Of a stretch of 64,000 bases of DNA, positions 57,401-64,000 are shown in pieces; position 1 is the first letter of the stretch, and each line of letters begins with the position of its first letter. This DNA comes from the human T2T-CHM13v2.0 reference genome, Homo sapiens. The notes beneath the pieces were generated by a model that ran no database searches, was not told the origin of the DNA, and saw only the letters and a program-made list of their open reading frames with translations. Location of the stretch: NCBI RefSeq assembly GCF_009914755.1, contig NC_060925.1. One strand, written 5' to 3'. The translations under genes were made by a program, and so were the position numbers.

Positions 57401-59065
57401 TAAAATGACATTACACTGTGGCTAATATTTGTAATTAAACATGCATTACTTAGATATACAAATGAGGGTCTTCTTTCAATGCAGTTACTTAGTCAATATT
57501 CTGGTGAAGCTGCAGCTGCTCCACAGTTTTTGGGGATTCAGCTTCTGAAACGTCCTTCTGCACAAGCACACAGGACAACCAATTTCCTTATTCCAAAGCT
57601 TGAATCATTTCCAGAAAAGATGAAGATATATCTCAACAAAACATGCTTGCAAAACATACTTGTGGAAGCTTTGCCAGGCATTTTGGAAAATGTTCTAGGT
57701 GATGGCAGGCTCACTGGAATGAGTGTTAAGTTTTGCAAAGCCAGCACTCCGAAGGGCACCATACTCTGGAAGTTCTTATGTGTTCATTAATCAGTTGCAT
57801 CACTTCATGGTTACATTTCCTGTTGTAATTCAGCATCCACACATAAGGTGCTACAGCCTCACCTACTTCTCTGACATTCCCTTCAGGTTCTAGAAGAGTG
57901 TCCTAGCTGAGCTAACCCTAATGCCGACCCCATGATAAGGGAGGAGGATCAAAAATGAGGACTCAGAAGATGTGGGTCTCAGAGTCATCTTAATCACCTT
58001 CTAGCCGTTTGATCTTAGTCCATGCCTACCCTCTTTGAGCCTGAGTTTTTTCTCCTGAAAAATGGGATAACAGCTGCTCTGTCAATCTCATAGAGCTGCA
58101 GAATGAATCACATGTGATAAGGTCTATGAACCTATTTTGGGAACTGCAATCCATTATATGAAGTATTATCATTACTATAATGTTTTTATTAGCCTTTAAC
58201 TTAAGGATCATTTAACATCCTCTATGGTTTTCCTAATACTTCAGCTTATGAGCAGTCTTCCAAGAGATAAAGGGGACTCGGGTTTTTTAAAGGGCTGCCT
58301 AAGTACTTGTGTCTAATATAAAGTTCTAGATTACTTAGGAACAATATTCCCAGAATGATTAGCTTGGAAAATCCATGATGATGATGAATCACTGAATATC
58401 CTTGGGGTGGGGGTGAGAAGGAAGGAAGCAGGGAGAGTGAGGGAGAATAAATGTGCCTCCTGCAAAGAGGCAGAGATGATGAATGTGTTCCTTTTTCCAC
58501 ATAAATTGAATCTTGTTGGTAATAATTCCTGTTCATTGCCCAGACAACATCAAGGACATTTTGTTTTGAATGAGTTTAAAGGCTCTGGGAACCAGGTCCT
58601 GCTTTGAATTTATGAAGTCACTGGCCCTTTCTATTCCTGCTCTAGTAGAGACTAACTGGGATGGTAGAAAGCCAAAAATAAATGGAGGAAAATAATACTT
58701 GTCCCTAAGTTGCTCAGAATTTAGTTTTACTGTACAAAACAAGTGAGCACACTTCTCCTATTTGCTTTTAAGCCTGAAAGTAAATAAGGAGATAATACAA
58801 ATTTGTAGGCTGCGGCCACTAGGATAACCCACCCTTGTTGCTGATGTCAAAGCACAACTCATTAAAAACAACCCTCAAGTGATTCTGCCATGTGAAACAC
58901 TGAAAATGTATGAATTTAAACCAATATAATGTTTTCTCCCAAGGAAGTGAATGGCTGTTAGAAATATGAACATATTACCTTCCCAAAAGAGACACAGAAA
59001 ATAGCACGCATTCAAAATCTCTTACAGCTAGAAGAAATAATTACAACAAAAGAGGAATGCTTCAT

Positions 59066-59387
59066 CCAGTGGTGTACTGGACCACACATTGTTAAATTTT
59101 CAGAAAGTTTGCAAACCAGTTGACATGTTGATAGCTTGGAATCCATAAAAACAAAAATCACGTTAATCCCCACCACTCTAATGACACCTCATGTGGCAGT
59201 TTTACATGTTTTTAATAGCTGTATCATCAAGTGGCTATACTGCAGTTTACTTAACCTTTCCCTTAGCTTAACAACATTTAAGCTGTTTGCATGGTGGGAG
59301 TATTTAAACCATAAAAATTGGCAATGCTACCAACTAGGGTTTTTCCCACAAAGAGCCAGTTATTAAACATTTATCAGCACACTACTG
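59066..59387. mobile_element. MER63-like hAT element
   Basis: TIRs ccagtggtgtactgg...tcagcacactactg; atggtgggagtatttaaacca and agagccagttattaaacattt motifs. Confidence 0.75.
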
Positions 59388-59456
59388 AACTTATTTCTCA
59401 TCCAAAACAAAACCAAATATAAAGGGCAGACTCAAACTTTAGCCCTTTGGCCATGA

Positions 59457-59766
<310 letters not shown>

Positions 59767-60014
59767 AACATATTTTGCCTAGCACATTTTTATCCTACAT
59801 TGATACATATTACATTAATCAGTTGAATTTATCTAATTCTTTAATTAAAGAATAAAAAATATAACCAGCCATGAGCATTCACTAAAACAGACCACTATTT
59901 TGAAGATTTTACTATGAAAAAAAGAAATAATAAAAAATCAAACCTTTTTTAATTTGAATTTTATAAAAATAACCTACCATGGTAGTTTTCATTATTAGAA
60001 CTCTTTGGAAATAA

Positions 60015-60397
<383 letters not shown>

Positions 60398-60974
60398 CTA
60401 TCCTAAGGATATAATCTTAAATGCTGAAAAATTATATTAATCATGACGGTCACGATAGTTAAAAAGTTGTGAATAATTTAAATGTTTTTCAAACCAAGAT
60501 AAAGGTTAAGTAAATTGGAACATAGCCACTTGATGATAACACAGTTACTAAAAACGTGCAAGTTTCTATCTATGATGTTGTTACGGTGATGGGGATTTAA
60601 CATCTGTCTTGTTGGTTTTCTTTTAAACTTTTTTTAATTTCTAAGTTTTTCTATAGTGTTCTTATGTTAGTTTTGTAAGGACAAAAAGAATTAATTAAAA
60701 ATAGTAATTCCTGAATCAGGAATTGGCTAATTTGACGTTTCTAAGGCTAAGCTCTTTAGACTATTTTTTTCATAATAAATTAACACAGAAGAGCCCAACT
60801 GGGTGTAGCATTGGACCCAGATTTACTGCCCTTCCTAAAAAATGCTTGCTCTGGGAACACAATGACACGCATGTTTCAAGGGAGTAAACAAGAGAAAGGT
60901 GAATGGGACTACTGTTGACCGGGTGTTGCCTTGTTAAAACTAGTAGCCTTAATTCATTTAAGCAAAAGACTTGC

Positions 60975-61109
60975 CTTAGGGGTGATTCCGCACCAGAAAT
61001 TAGAATACAGGCCCCGAGACTCCAGCATGGGGGCCACAATAGTTTTGTTTTCTGCAATCAGTAGATTGAGGGTCTGTGGATTAGTCAGGAAATTGTCAAC
61101 ATCTATGAA
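60975..61109 (-). CDS. COLGALT2: COLGALT2 putative exon 4 (DVD motif; GC donor)
   Basis: ttttcttttcctag|TTC acceptor and AAG|gcaagt donor; 135 nt. Encodes [45 protein letters not shown]. Confidence 0.94.
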
Positions 61110-62454
61110 CTAGGAAAAGAAAAGGATAATGTTAGGTGAAAAGGTACTTTTCAGTAATGAGTTTGAGAATAACCCAGCCCTTCTGAAGGATCCCAGAAAC
61201 TTGCTCATGACATATGGAACCAGCTATCTATGTCCTCCTTATTGAAACCCATTGCAGCTAGGTGGCTTTCATTCAGTCAAAATATATTTAGTCTAACTTT
61301 CGTATGTTGGGCTCTGCATAAGGCACTAAGCAGTAAATGGTGCTGCCATACTGGGCATAGCCTCAACCAGGAACCAACCTACACTTTGGCTAGTGTTTTA
61401 GGCACAAGATATTAATGGCTCCCAAGCCATTAAAGGTTCATTCAAAAACACTTATTGGCTGCCCAGTCTAGGTACAGATGGGCATGCCTACTTAGCTTTT
61501 CTATAGTAATGCCAGAGTAGCTCAAAACAGATCTATCAATGAATTTTAATGTGACAAGTAGAATTTTTGTTTAAGTACATTATATCAACCCATGCTAACC
61601 AGTGAAGCTATTTCCTATTCTTAGAAGTCCATGTTAACAGTGATTTATTTAGAGACAGTATAACAACAGATTCTAATTTATAAAATAAATAATCATACTG
61701 AACTATACACTGAAAAAGGGATAAACTGACAGATTTTACTTTTTGTAGGTTTTATCACAATAAAAAATTCAGAAGTCTTCATTTTTATGATAGTCCATCT
61801 GTTTACCCCAAATTTTGTGATTTAACATTTGTACACTTCAATGGCATTTAAACAGCTACACAATGTTAAATATTGTCAGTACAATTTGAAAACTTCTATG
61901 AAAGGATTTGTGTCACAAGTGTGCGTGATACATTTTTGGGCAGATTTTCACTGTGGTTGAGGGGATGGGGATGGACATAAATTCTCCAAAGAGAGCATCA
62001 CTGTGCCAAGCAACAGATGCTACTCCCCAGATCATTCAGGAGCAAAAGGGAACCATTTCAGAGCTGTTCAGCTGAATCACTTTTTTAGATAATTACTTTT
62101 TCATATCCCCCAAATTCTTCCAAAAAGTTGTAAGAACAACTTACATTGCTTTACCTACAGCCTTTCCTGTGAGCTAAAAATATGCAGAGTTCTTATGCCT
62201 GTTGCATGGCAGAGACCAAATAATTCAGGCACTTCTTCACTTACCCACTGAAAATGCATGTGGGCCTGAAGATGAAGTCCAGGTAGCCCAATTTTAAACT
62301 ACCAAAAATTTCATTGTGCCTTTCTTAAAAAGTGGGGGAGGCACTGCCTAATCAAAAAGGTTGTTTTGATTGCTTCCATGGTTCTAGTTTTTGGACGACT
62401 GATTTGGATACACCTGAGATGACAGTTGTCAAGAAATCAAACATCTGTTTTTAC

Positions 62455-62572
62455 CAGAATGTAGTCTGACCATTTTTCCCTCGCAGTTCGAAGGGCTGCC
62501 TGTCGTAGTTTCATCACATGGGCAAACCGGGAGGTTGGCCAGTGCTTTGGTCCAATTTCATCAGGGTAAGAC
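62455..62572 (-). CDS. COLGALT2: COLGALT2 putative exon 3
   Basis: tattttag|G acceptor and CTG|gtaaaa donor; 118 nt. Encodes [39 protein letters not shown]. Confidence 0.94.
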
Positions 62573-62576
62573 CTAA

Positions 62577-62930
62577 AATAATAATAATAGCTCATCATTA
62601 TTGAGTGCCTACATGTACCAGGCTCTGTCCTAAATGTTTATATGTATTCATTTAATCTTCTATCAATCCCAGGAAGTAGATACTATTATTATTGTTATCA
62701 TCATCCCCATATTACAGATGAGGAAACCGGAGCAATGAGAAGTCAAGTAACTCACTGCTCATTGTATACAAGAATCTTTACATGAAATATTTCAGTGGGT
62801 TCTAATGAGAGCCCTTTGAGGTGAGTACTACTATTCTCTGCATTTCACAGGTGAGGATATCAGGGTAGAGCAGTTAAGTCATTCGTCCAATGTTACACAA
62901 TGGGGCACAATCAAGATTTGAATCCAAGCA
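62577..62930 (-). mobile_element. Two tandem MIR elements
   Basis: aataatagctcatcattattgagtgcctac...ccccatattacagatgaggaaacc, and a second catttcacaggtgagga core. Confidence 0.75.
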
Positions 62931-64000
62931 AAAAGCTCATGTTCCTAGACAATTTTTATACATCCCGACATCGAATAGATTTGGAGAGTATGCAGTGTAA
63001 AACATGAGTTTCCCAGGAAAATCAAAGGTTTAATCTACTTGTTGGAGTCTCCACAAATGATTCCACACAGCCTAACACATTGATCTATCTTAGGTAAAGT
63101 GAGGTCGTGGGATCTCTATCAAGATTCACAAAACAGCCAGGCCAAGACTCCTTCATGGCCACATAGGCAAGTGGGTTGGAGCACGCTCCAAAACCCTTCT
63201 GAAGGCACCCAGCTGGCACGGACATTGATACTGTTGCAGTAACCCAAAACTGGCCACCACTTCAAGATCTCATAGCTGCACTGGCAGTACATTTGTTTTA
63301 GTGAGTGAAAAACTGCAAAAACAATGAGACTGTAACTAAACAAATAAGGTTAATAAAACTATGTACAGCACAGGAATTCTCTGGAATATCTTCCCCAGTT
63401 ATTGTTTCAATGAAAATCAGTGGAATTCTCATTTTTCTAAATATATTCCCCCCAAAAATGCCTGTTCTAATATTTTTTCACACTGACCTTGGCATATAAT
63501 ATATTTAGTCAAAACCTGGCTGCAGAGAACATTACCAAGGTGCAAAGAAGGGACACAAAGTATTTCTGTGCCATTTTTGTTAGGCCAAACTCCATTATAA
63601 GGCACTCTAAAGGAGTGTTTACAATCTTTTACGGTGTTCAGACTTCACTGTTAAATTTTGCTTGATATACAGTCCATGGGCTTGGATTTGAGAAACACAT
63701 ATGTATATATTATAATATATCATATTTATATATATTTCTTTATAATATAAATATTTATAATAATTCTTACATATAGAAAGACTAGAAGAACAGAAACTTG
63801 TTCTGGAATGGCATTTATTATTACTATAATACAAATTTGGCTTTCAATAAATGACTTCTCTGGGGAAGAAATTCAGGCAACTCCTTCATTCTATTTCTAC
63901 AGTTCCTTAAAGTAAAATTGTAGTAGCTTTGGGAACATTTATAATAGTAAGTTTTAAATACATTTATTCTTGTTCTTATTTGTTCATCCAACCAGTATTA

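Overview
This is primate, human-like genomic DNA containing two convergent genes. On the + strand are the last three coding exons of RGL1 (Ser-rich linker and C-terminal Ras-association domain, stop at 13640-13642) with a ~2.2 kb 3'UTR. On the - strand are ten consecutive coding exons of COLGALT2/GLT25D2 (collagen galactosyltransferase 2; 62572 down to the stop at 26111, ending in RDEL) with a ~2.9 kb 3'UTR. All exon phases chain correctly. The rest is intronic or intergenic DNA rich in Alu, L1, L2, MIR, MLT1/LTR33 and hAT elements. No prokaryotic-type systems (CRISPR, rRNA, tRNA) are present. The main unexplained structures are: (1) a 149-bp inverted duplication, 148/149 identical and not a repeat I recognise, in the last RGL1 intron, bracketing an L1/Alu stack; (2) a ~150-bp dispersed direct duplication inside the COLGALT2 3'UTR; (3) an inverted Alu pair around a 261-nt two-exon cassette whose back-splice would create an AUG and a stop-less ORF; (4) a candidate alternative last exon lacking RDEL that would use an LTR33 poly(A) signal; (5) a GC-AG intron; (6) a RUNX/E-box/CRE motif cluster in an intron. 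Gene identities, exon numbers and repeat family names are recognised from memory, not by database search.
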